From Candidatus Woesearchaeota archaeon (lineage in GTDB: Archaea; Nanobdellota; Nanobdellia; Woesearchaeales; JACPBO01): a stretch of DNA of 54,529 nt. Within the stretch, counting starts at the first letter, position 1. The number at the start of each line of letters is the position of its first letter. The position numbers were made by a program, and so were the translations under genes. The notes under the pieces were generated by a model. That model was not told the DNA's origin, did no database searches, and saw only the letters and a list, made by a program, of their open reading frames with translations. Where the stretch lies: the NCBI GenBank assembly GCA_016180285.1, contig JACPBO010000003.1, forward strand, positions 1 to 54,529, written 5' to 3'. Shown here in pieces: positions 27,505 through 35,491 of the stretch.

Positions 27505-28872
27505 ATGCCAAACACAATCGTCGTAGGACTGCAATGGGGAGATGAAGGCAAGGCGAAAATTCTGGATGAGTTAGTCCAAGAAGCAAAACAGATCAACAAT
27601 AAAAGAATATGGGTTGTGAGATTTCAAGGAGGCCCAAATGCAGGCCATACAATGTACATCCCTATGCCTGACGGCAAGCTTATACGATTTGTAGCTCATG
27701 CTGCACCAAGCGGCTTGACTAGTAATTCAGAAATAGGAATAGGCCCTAATGTTGCTTTTGACCCTGAAAGATTCATAAAAGAAGTTGAAGAAGCAAGAAG
27801 TGTATTTGGTTATAGTGCCGGAATTCATATCTCAGAGAGAACAGGAATATTGTTTGATTATCATAGAAAGCTAGATGCCTGGCAGGAGAGCTTAAGAACT
27901 GGCGATTCAAAGATAGGAACAACAGGTTCAGGAATTGGGCCTTTCTATATGGACAATGCTAACAGGGCAACAAGAATAACATTTGCAGAGTATGTAAGTG
28001 ACAATTTCCATGATATATTATCAAAAGTCCTGGAACAAAAAAGCTATGAGCTAGTAGCAGCAAGAATATCCAGCTTGGTAACTGGCAAATATATTGATGA
28101 GTTGATTGCAGTACACGATCCTATACGAAAAGAATTAAGAAAATGTGCCTGTGAACTTGAATACAGATTAAGGGAAGCATTGGAAAAAGGAGAAAATATA
28201 ATCCTTGAAGGAGCTCAAGGGTCAATGTTGGATATTGATATGGGAACTAATCCAGACCAAACTTCTTCTCACCTTTTAGCTACAGATCCACTAGGAGGGT
28301 TAGGCTTGCCGAGAAAGGCATTCAGGATATATGGCGTTGAAAAACTTTATCCCACAAGAGTTGGCGAAGGCGTTATGCCAACATTGGCAGAAGATGATTT
28401 TGGAATTGAAACCCAAAGAAATGCAGGAGAAGCCGGAGCCACAACAGGGAGAAAAAGAAGAGTGGGCTATCCTGATTGGGTTATAGTAAAATATGCTGCA
28501 ATGATTAATGATATAGATGGAATTTATTTAACAAGGGCGGATAATGTACAGGATAAAAACATAAAAGTCTGCACAGCCTATGACGCCAATGGGAAAAGAA
28601 CAGAAAAGGTTCCTTCAAAATTAGAAACCGTAAATCCAATTTATTCTAATAAAATTTACAGATGGCACTTATGGGATGGTCCATCTGATTTATCAAAGCC
28701 CGAAGAAGTTGACAAAGCGCTTCATGACAAAAGAGCAGCTTATGTTAAAGGCGGATGTGAAAGCCTTCCTAAAGATCTGAAAGAATACATTGTCGATCAT
28801 GAAAGATATATCAAAAACCCCATTATCGGCATGTCAATAGGTCCGGCAAGAGGAGAAATAGTTAAACTATAA
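27505..28872 (+). CDS. purA: adenylosuccinate synthetase
   Basis: QWGDEGK, GGPNAGHT, IGTTGSGIGP, EGAQG, TTGRKRR. Confidence 0.92.
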   Translation: MPNTIVVGLQWGDEGKAKILDELVQEAKQINNKRIWVVRFQGGPNAGHTMYIPMPDGKLIRFVAHAAPSGLTSNSEIGIGPNVAFDPERFIKEVEEARSVFGYSAGIHISERTGILFDYHRKLDAWQESLRTGDSKIGTTGSGIGPFYMDNANRATRITFAEYVSDNFHDILSKVLEQKSYELVAARISSLVTGKYIDELIAVHDPIRKELRKCACELEYRLREALEKGENIILEGAQGSMLDIDMGTNPDQTSSHLLATDPLGGLGLPRKAFRIYGVEKLYPTRVGEGVMPTLAEDDFGIETQRNAGEAGATTGRKRRVGYPDWVIVKYAAMINDIDGIYLTRADNVQDKNIKVCTAYDANGKRTEKVPSKLETVNPIYSNKIYRWHLWDGPSDLSKPEEVDKALHDKRAAYVKGGCESLPKDLKEYIVDHERYIKNPIIGMSIGPARGEIVKL

Positions 28873-28897
28873 CCCCGAAACATAAATATGTCAAAAA

Positions 28898-29085
28898 CTG
28901 CCCATCATAGATGGGGCGGCATGTTGCTACGTTCATAATATCAGGTGGTTAATTGGAAATGTTCACATTTCAAATTTGCTCAAAAATGTTGCATTTTTGA
29001 CATTTGAGCATGCTCAGAATTTTCCACATACGAAAAAGGTTGGCTTTCTGCCACCAGTCAAAGACTGGATGGAAAATTCTGACAT
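28898..29085. other. dense multi-hairpin intergenic element
   Basis: 13-bp IR TCAGAATTTTCCA (29014-29026)/TGGAAAATTCTGA (29070-29082) enclosing two hairpins; further hairpins at 28901-28915, 28951-28976 and 28981-28999. Confidence 0.7.
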
Positions 29086-29118
29086 TCATATAAAAACCCA
29101 AAATTCTCTGTGTCAATA

Positions 29119-29206
29119 CTAACAGAAAATGTTGTTATTGTTAACAGAATAGTATGTTAAGATTAACGGAAAAATATGTTAATATTAACAGAAAGATTTA
29201 AATAGC
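29119..29206 (+). promoter_or_regulatory. four 22-bp-period repeats (TTAACA-N8-TGTTAA) running into the BRE/TATA
   Basis: TAAC at 29120, 29142, 29164 and 29186; TTTAAATA at 29197-29204. Confidence 0.75.
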
Positions 29207-29226
29207 CGGGCATCATAAGATAGAAT

Positions 29227-29880
29227 ATGACAAAAATGAAAAAGAATGAGATGTTTTCATATATCGGTGATTTTTTATCTGTTTTGTATTTTAAAAAGGA
29301 TTTTTTAGATAAAATAAATAATGTCATATTGTTTGGCTCTGTTGCCAGAAAGGATTTTGATAAAGACAGTGATATTGATCTTTTTATTGATGTAAAGAAT
29401 GTTGGAGAGATTAAAAAAATAGAAGAGCTTGTTGATTCGGCGCTCAACGAGTTCGAAATAAGAGCAAGGGAAGTCTGGCATATACGCAATATTAAAAACC
29501 CAATAAAATGCGTTATCGGGGCACTAAAGGACGAAAAGTGGAGGGAGCTTAAGAAGGAGATTCAGTCTTACGGCATTGTGCTTTATGGCAGCTTCAAAAG
29601 CGGTTATGAGAATCTTGAATCGCACAGCTTGTTCGAATACTCGCTTAAGGACTTCAAGCAGAAAGACAGGGTTGCTTTCTTGAGGAAGTTGGTAGGATAT
29701 AAATCAAGTAAAAAGAAGAAAACATACGTTCACGAGGGGATGATTAAAAAAATAAACGGATTAAAGCTGGAAAATAACAACATAATAGTTCCATCAAAAG
29801 AAGCCGTTGTTGTGCAGAAATTTTTTACAAAGAAGAAAGTAACACCCAAGATTACAGAGATTTGGGTTAGAGAAAAATGA
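29227..29880 (+). CDS. minimal nucleotidyltransferase with C-terminal extra domain
   Basis: ILFGSVAR..DSDIDLFID; C-terminal ~85 aa basic alpha/beta domain. Confidence 0.85.
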   Translation: MTKMKKNEMFSYIGDFLSVLYFKKDFLDKINNVILFGSVARKDFDKDSDIDLFIDVKNVGEIKKIEELVDSALNEFEIRAREVWHIRNIKNPIKCVIGALKDEKWRELKKEIQSYGIVLYGSFKSGYENLESHSLFEYSLKDFKQKDRVAFLRKLVGYKSSKKKKTYVHEGMIKKINGLKLENNNIIVPSKEAVVVQKFFTKKKVTPKITEIWVREK

Positions 29881-30380
29881 AAATTATCACAGCCCATCCG
29901 GCAAAGCTCTTCATCGGCATCATGTTCTCGGATAAGAAGCTCTATAGCAATGCTGTGAATGATCTAAAATCCAGATTCGGAGATATTGAAGCTGAAAGCC
30001 ATGAATACGAATTCTCAAAGATAACCGATTACTATGCAGATGAAATGGGCAAGAGGATTTTAAAAAAATTTTTAGTTTTTAAAGATAAAATAGATAAAAA
30101 CAAGCTAGCGGATATAAAACTTATTACAACAGAGATCGAAAAAAAATATTCAAAAAACAATAAAAGGCGGATTAACCTGGATCCTGGCCATTTAACAAGC
30201 AATGCCTTGGTTCTGGCTTCATTCAAGAAAGGGACAAATTACAAGGAGCAGATAAGCGAGAGGGTTTATGCTCATAAAGTGCTGGAATTCAAAGAAGGGA
30301 AAGCAATCGCATTCTGGCATACGTTTCCGGATTATAGAACCAAAGAAAACCAAGGGTTTTTTATACGTTTAGTTTTTTGA
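29877..30380 (+). CDS. DUF4416-family protein
   Basis: KLFIGI, TDYYADEMG, RRINLDPG, HTFPDY. Confidence 0.8.
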   Translation: MKIITAHPAKLFIGIMFSDKKLYSNAVNDLKSRFGDIEAESHEYEFSKITDYYADEMGKRILKKFLVFKDKIDKNKLADIKLITTEIEKKYSKNNKRRINLDPGHLTSNALVLASFKKGTNYKEQISERVYAHKVLEFKEGKAIAFWHTFPDYRTKENQGFFIRLVF

Positions 30381-31292
30381 ACACACAGATCTTACCCTGT
30401 TTCTTCCATCTTTTTTAGCTAAATAATTACCTAAATCTGCCGCTTCTTTCAATGCCTTGGCGTCATGCAAAATGTTTTCTCTTTTGCCATGGGGAGTGTA
30501 ATATGTGTTTGTAGTTGCAACACCGATGCTGGCAGTTAATCCTTCCAGCCGTTGCGGCATCCCTTCTCTTTTCTCCATGGTCGGTATTGGCTCATAACTA
30601 TTGAAAAATCCGTTGAATGTTTGTTCTGTTTTAAACCTCAGCCTTTCACCAACAATTAATGCCTCTTCAAATATTGTATTTGGTAAAACTACATAAAATT
30701 CTTCTCCACCTTCTCTGCCAGTCTGAGCTTCCATACTTATTTTTTTATCAATGGAGAATCTTTTTAACTTTTTATCAAGAAAAACATGATCATACCCCCT
30801 TAAATTATTTGGCAGTATTTCTTTTACTTTTTCAAGAACAAGATCTCCACATTTATGGCCATATATATCATTAACCAGTTTGAAGCAGTCTAAATCAAAG
30901 GCGATTAAAGAAACAGGAGCCACTATAATTTCTGATTCCTTGACTACAGCATCTAGATACATATTAAGATATTTTCTATTAGGAATGCCTGTTAAATAAT
31001 CCTGAAATGCTGCGGTTTTTAAGACTTTGTTTTCTATTTCAAATGTTTTTTGTCTTTTTAATGATGTTTTATGGTGATCAACAATAAGATTATTTATGGC
31101 ATCTATACCTTCTTGGCTCATGCCTAAGCTTATCGAGGTTGTTAAAATATCTAATGCCCTGTGAAAAGAATCGGCCTTATAATTAGCTAATATGTTCTCA
31201 ATCGTACTTATTACCTTTTTTTCCTTGTCTATCAATACCATCTCTCCTATGTAGTTATCGCTACTATTTAAATCTTTCGGTTTTATTGTCAC
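30369..31292 (-). CDS. GGDEF-domain diguanylate cyclase
   Basis: DYLTGIPNR, DLDCFKLVNDIYGHKCGD, GREGGEEF, TASIGVA, AKKDGRNRV. Confidence 0.92.
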   Translation of the reverse strand: MTIKPKDLNSSDNYIGEMVLIDKEKKVISTIENILANYKADSFHRALDILTTSISLGMSQEGIDAINNLIVDHHKTSLKRQKTFEIENKVLKTAAFQDYLTGIPNRKYLNMYLDAVVKESEIIVAPVSLIAFDLDCFKLVNDIYGHKCGDLVLEKVKEILPNNLRGYDHVFLDKKLKRFSIDKKISMEAQTGREGGEEFYVVLPNTIFEEALIVGERLRFKTEQTFNGFFNSYEPIPTMEKREGMPQRLEGLTASIGVATTNTYYTPHGKRENILHDAKALKEAADLGNYLAKKDGRNRVRSVCSKN

Positions 31293-31351
31293 TTTTAAGT
31301 GGTTATTTAAAATAATAAAACTTTATAAACAAGCCTCTACAACAAAACTGC

Positions 31352-32185
31352 ATGCTGATAAAGGCAAGAGTTGACTTCAAAAAGCCCAATTTTAAGGCGC
31401 TGAAAAGAAAGAAATTCACAGCTGTCGACATGCATGTTCATTCGCGCCATTCTGACGGCATAAACAAGGTTAAAAGCATTCTAAACAGGGCCAAAAAGCT
31501 CGGAATTGGAATCGCCATAACAGACCATAATGAAATTAAGGGCTCAATAGAAGCGCACAAAAGCGGAAAAGTTCTCGTCATTCCTGGCATTGAAACAAGC
31601 TCAAGCGAAGGCATTCATGCATTATTTTATTTCTATACGATAAAAGACCTTAAGGGTTTTTATAACAGCGTTGTTCTTCCGAACAAAGTGAGGAGGGACT
31701 TCTTTTTAAGAATAGGCATAAAGGATATCGTGAAGGCATCCTCTGAGTTCAAATGCATAATGGCAATTGCGCATCCTTACGCCCCCGGCTGGACAGCTAT
31801 GTTTAATAAGGTTCACAGCAAAATTGTCAATAAAAAGCTGATAAACTGCTTTCACGCAGTTGAAGTTTTGGCTGCTTCGAATTTAAGAAAAAGAAACCTG
31901 AAGGCATTGGATCTGGCAGAAAAAATAAAAAAGCCGATAACTGCAGGATCAGACGCCCACACATTGAGGGAACTGGGAAGGTCAGTCGCATATGTAAAAA
32001 AAGAGCAAGGTTTAAATGGGTTCTTGAATTCTATCATAGATAACACCAACTTTGTTGTTGGAAAAGAGAGGAGATTTTTGCCCAATGCAGCCTCGCAGAC
32101 GCTTAAAGTAAGGAAACATTTAAGAAAGCCTTATGTCCTGCTTAAAAGAGGCGTAGGGTATTTCAGGGCAATTTCAAGAAGGTAG
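31352..32185 (+). CDS. PHP-domain phosphoesterase
   Basis: DMHVHS..SDG, AITDHN, AHP, AGSDAH. Confidence 0.9.
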   Translation: MLIKARVDFKKPNFKALKRKKFTAVDMHVHSRHSDGINKVKSILNRAKKLGIGIAITDHNEIKGSIEAHKSGKVLVIPGIETSSSEGIHALFYFYTIKDLKGFYNSVVLPNKVRRDFFLRIGIKDIVKASSEFKCIMAIAHPYAPGWTAMFNKVHSKIVNKKLINCFHAVEVLAASNLRKRNLKALDLAEKIKKPITAGSDAHTLRELGRSVAYVKKEQGLNGFLNSIIDNTNFVVGKERRFLPNAASQTLKVRKHLRKPYVLLKRGVGYFRAISRR

Positions 32186-32186
32186 T

Positions 32187-32234
32187 GCCCCTATAGTTCA
32201 GCCTGGATAGAAAAATTTAAATATAAGGGCACCA
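32187..32234 (+). other. orphan tRNA 5' fragment / tRNA-like remnant
   Basis: GCCCCTA-TA-GTTC-AGCCTGGATA-GAA (acceptor 5' strand plus D arm), then a TATA box and TAAGGGCACCA. Confidence 0.7.
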
Positions 32235-32244
32235 CTCCAACATT

Positions 32245-33360
32245 ATGAGGCTGCTTTTATCAAAAGATTCAAGAAAAAGGTTGTTTTATTTTTTAAAGAA
32301 AAAGCGCAATGCAAAAAATTTTTCAGATCTATCAAAGAAGATAAATGTTTCACTTAAAACACTAAAAAAATGGATGTATGCTGAACTTTATCTGCCCGAT
32401 AAAATAATTCCTAACGATGTTGGTCCGTTGGAAATATTGGACAAACAAGAAAACAAGTGGGGAGCCATAAAGGGGGGTAAAACTGGAGGAAAAAGATGCG
32501 CCGAAGTTATGAAACACAGGCTTGGGAAAGAAGCATATTCTTATCTAATGGCACAAAGGGGTAAAAAAACGATCAATACGCTTTATAAAAGATATAAAAA
32601 AGAAGATTTAATGAAACTGATTTTTAATGGCAAAATGAAGAAACGAGAACTGCAAAGCAAGAAATTAGAGCAAGAAAACGATTCTTTTTTCACCAATAAT
32701 AAGGTTATTTTTGATTTAGAAGAGGTCAATTATAGTAAAATTGATAGAGCCAAACATATTATGTTTCCAAAAGAAATGACAAAAGAACTTGCAGAAGAAA
32801 TCGGCATACATCTAGGAGATGGCTGTATGTCATATAACAAAAATTATTTTTCAGTGAAAACCAACAAAAAAGAAGAAAGATATGTCACTGATTTTTTATT
32901 TCCACTATACAAAAAATTATACAATCTGGACCTAAAATTAATGCGATTAAGAAGTGTTTCGGGATTTGAAGTTTATTCAAAAGCTATTTGCGAATTTAAG
33001 AATAAAATTATTGGTCTGCCCTATGGAAAAAAAGTGGAAAGAATAGAGATACCCCAATCCGTGTTAGAGACAAAAAACAAAGAGGTATATCGCTCACTTA
33101 TAAGAGGCTTATTCGACACTGACGGCAATGTATCGGTTATTAGAGGAAATTACCCGAGAATATCGATAACGATAAAGTCTAGAAAGTTAATTGAGAAATT
33201 AAATGATATATTAAGAAAAATGGGATTTATTCCCTATTCAAATAGCGAGTACTTATCATTAAATGGCCCAACAATGTTTAAAAAGTGGCTAAAAGAGATA
33301 AATTCAAATAATCCGAAAAATATCAACAAGCTAAATTGGGCGAATAGTTTAGTTGGATAG
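32245..33360 (+). CDS. double-motif LAGLIDADG homing endonuclease with N-terminal HTH
   Basis: ELAEEIGIHLGDG and LIRGLFDTDG; the stop codon lies inside the tRNA D-loop. Confidence 0.9.
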   Translation: MRLLLSKDSRKRLFYFLKKKRNAKNFSDLSKKINVSLKTLKKWMYAELYLPDKIIPNDVGPLEILDKQENKWGAIKGGKTGGKRCAEVMKHRLGKEAYSYLMAQRGKKTINTLYKRYKKEDLMKLIFNGKMKKRELQSKKLEQENDSFFTNNKVIFDLEEVNYSKIDRAKHIMFPKEMTKELAEEIGIHLGDGCMSYNKNYFSVKTNKKEERYVTDFLFPLYKKLYNLDLKLMRLRSVSGFEVYSKAICEFKNKIIGLPYGKKVERIEIPQSVLETKNKEVYRSLIRGLFDTDGNVSVIRGNYPRISITIKSRKLIEKLNDILRKMGFIPYSNSEYLSLNGPTMFKKWLKEINSNNPKNINKLNWANSLVG

Positions 33361-33410
33361 AATTCGGGTTTGCGGAACCCGAGACCGGGGTTCAAGTCCC
33401 CGTTCGCTCA
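33338..33410 (+). tRNA. tRNA-Arg (anticodon GCG), no encoded CCA, no intron
   Basis: GGGCGAA/TTCGCTC acceptor stem; CGGGT-TTGCGGA-ACCCG anticodon arm; CGGGG-TTCAAGT-CCCCG T arm; followed by TTTTT. Confidence 0.92.
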
Positions 33411-33504
33411 TTTTTATCATTAACGAAAGTGAGATAGCTTGTAGGGCGTTTGAAAGCGAATAACATTTAAATACATATGTGCATTAATAATTAAGGGGGC
33501 AATA

Positions 33505-34869
33505 ATGAAGCTAGTTGCAATCGGCTATGACAATTTCCTTAAAAAAGATGTAAAGAAGATAAACTTTGAAAGCAGCGATCTCCCTAAAGTCCAGCTCTTC
33601 AATACAGCCGATGTAATAGCAGGCAATCCTAATTCCAACATTGCGATAGCATTTGTTTACAACTGGAAAACAGATAATGCCCCTGAAGATATAAGAAATC
33701 TGTTTCAAAAGCTGTCGAATTATGCTGCGCTGACTGGCTACTGGCGCACTACAAACGGAGCAAGATATGCATTTGCAAATATTCTTGCAAACCCAAACAT
33801 AAACAAGATTTTATTGTTGGTTTTTGAAAATGAAGATAACGGCCATCTCTTAGCCGATGCATTAAGGAACTTCTGGAAAAATGGAATTAATGAAAACAAC
33901 GTGATAATCAGCTCAAAAGCCCCGAATCCAAAATTCGAGCAGGTTCCGAAAGAAGCATTGGAAAGAATAAGGCAGCAATCCGACTTATTAATTTTAAAGA
34001 ATATAAAGGGCAATTATGATGAAATTGAGGCCTTGTTGAAAGAATTGATCCAGGAGCCGGAAAATGCAATCAGCTTAAATGAATTTGAAAAATTAAGTTT
34101 AGAATTCCACTCAAACACGATAAAGAACAACATGCTTTATGATGATGGCGCAAGGTTTGAAAAGCCTTTTATCCTGGACCTTTCTACATCAGCCCAGAAT
34201 GTCAGGTTTGAGCAGAAGAATTTGATTGCATCTGTTGGGCAGTCAGTGCAGGCAAGCAATCTTAAAGATGCCTTGGAAAACACAGTGGCTTTCATCTTAA
34301 AAAACGGCTCTGCAATGCTTGATCAAAGAAACATTATAACAATGGAATGCAGGTCGATAGCAATAACCATATTAAACCCTCTTGAAAAAATCCCGGACAA
34401 TTTTTCAAAAGAATATCTTGACAAATACCTCGACGAATTCCTTAACGGCAGGGGAGAGAAGCTTGATGAATTCGTTTATACGTATCATGAAAGAATATTC
34501 AAAAAATGGGGCAACCAGCCTGAAAAAATAATTGCTCTGCTAAAGCAAAACCCAAATACAAGAAGGGCGTTAATAGCATTATGGGATCCTGATGACGATC
34601 TGGGAAACGAAAGCCCGCCGTGCCTTGACTTCATATGGGCGGTTATAAGGGATAATTCCCTTGAGCTTCATGTTGTTTACAGAAGCCACCATATTGCAAC
34701 TGTAACAGAAGACGGAAAATTATTGCCCGGGGAAGGCGCTTTTGTCCCGAATATTTATGCAATTGCTTCATTGCAGCATACTATGGCGAAAGCCTTAAAT
34801 ATTAAATCCGGCCCATTAGTTTTGACAGACTTCAGCGGGCATCTGTATGTCAGCAGAATAAAGTGTTAA
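33505..34869 (+). CDS. thyA: MtrA-like domain fused to a thymidylate synthase (ThyA-type) domain
   Basis: N-terminal ANILANPNINKILLL..GHLLADAL; C-terminal YTYHER, NTRRA, PPCL, YRS, PNIY, GHLY; adjacent to tmk. Confidence 0.8.
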   Translation: MKLVAIGYDNFLKKDVKKINFESSDLPKVQLFNTADVIAGNPNSNIAIAFVYNWKTDNAPEDIRNLFQKLSNYAALTGYWRTTNGARYAFANILANPNINKILLLVFENEDNGHLLADALRNFWKNGINENNVIISSKAPNPKFEQVPKEALERIRQQSDLLILKNIKGNYDEIEALLKELIQEPENAISLNEFEKLSLEFHSNTIKNNMLYDDGARFEKPFILDLSTSAQNVRFEQKNLIASVGQSVQASNLKDALENTVAFILKNGSAMLDQRNIITMECRSIAITILNPLEKIPDNFSKEYLDKYLDEFLNGRGEKLDEFVYTYHERIFKKWGNQPEKIIALLKQNPNTRRALIALWDPDDDLGNESPPCLDFIWAVIRDNSLELHVVYRSHHIATVTEDGKLLPGEGAFVPNIYAIASLQHTMAKALNIKSGPLVLTDFSGHLYVSRIKC

Positions 34870-34870
34870 A

Positions 34871-35491
34871 ATGCAAAAAGGAATCTTCATTGTTTTCGAC
34901 GGAATGGACGGAACCGGCAAAAGCACAAATCTTTACAAGTCAGCAGAGTATATATTTGAAAAGACAAAGCAGTACACTCATTTATTATTGACCAGAGAGC
35001 CGACTTATTCTCCTTACGGGCAGGAATTGAGGAAAATGCTAAGAGAGGAAAAAGATCCGCTTAAAAATGCCAAAATGTGCTTTGAGCTTTTCATAAAAGA
35101 CAGAAAGCACCACATTGACAATATGATCTCTCCTGCGCTTAAATCAGGCCAGATTGTTCTTATGGACCGCTACAAGTATTCAACAATTGCATTCCAGCAG
35201 ACTCAGGGAATAGACAAGAAAGAGCTGATCGAAGCAAATGCAAAGTTCATAGTTCCTGATCTGGTTATAATCCTGGATCTGGATCCTGAAGCTTCATTGG
35301 TCAGGATAAAAAACAGAAGCGAAACAGAGAAATTTGAAAATCTTGGATTCATGAAAAAGTTGAGGCAGAATTTTTTGAATTTAAAAAAAGATCTTTCAGA
35401 TGAGAACATAGTGATCATAGACGCTTCTAAGACGAGGGAAGAAGTTTTTAATGCGATAAAGAAAGAGTTGGATAAAGTGCTGCCTTATTGA
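34871..35491 (+). CDS. tmk: thymidylate kinase
   Basis: FDGMDGTGKST, TREPT, MDRYKYST, PDLVIILD. Confidence 0.95.
   Translation: MQKGIFIVFDGMDGTGKSTNLYKSAEYIFEKTKQYTHLLLTREPTYSPYGQELRKMLREEKDPLKNAKMCFELFIKDRKHHIDNMISPALKSGQIVLMDRYKYSTIAFQQTQGIDKKELIEANAKFIVPDLVIILDLDPEASLVRIKNRSETEKFENLGFMKKLRQNFLNLKKDLSDENIVIIDASKTREEVFNAIKKELDKVLPY

Noticed and set aside
27505..28872. PurZ (diaminopurine pathway) instead of PurA
   Set aside because: The catalytic Asp is retained (GDEGK), whereas PurZ has Ser there; no phage context.
29119..29206. CRISPR array
   Set aside because: Repeats are tandem with a 22-bp period, have no spacers, and no cas operon is present.
32213..33362. Endonuclease-encoding tRNA intron
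   Set aside because: Joining the upstream fragment to the 3' part gives an unpaired acceptor stem (GCCCCTA vs TTCGCTC), and the downstream tRNA is already complete.
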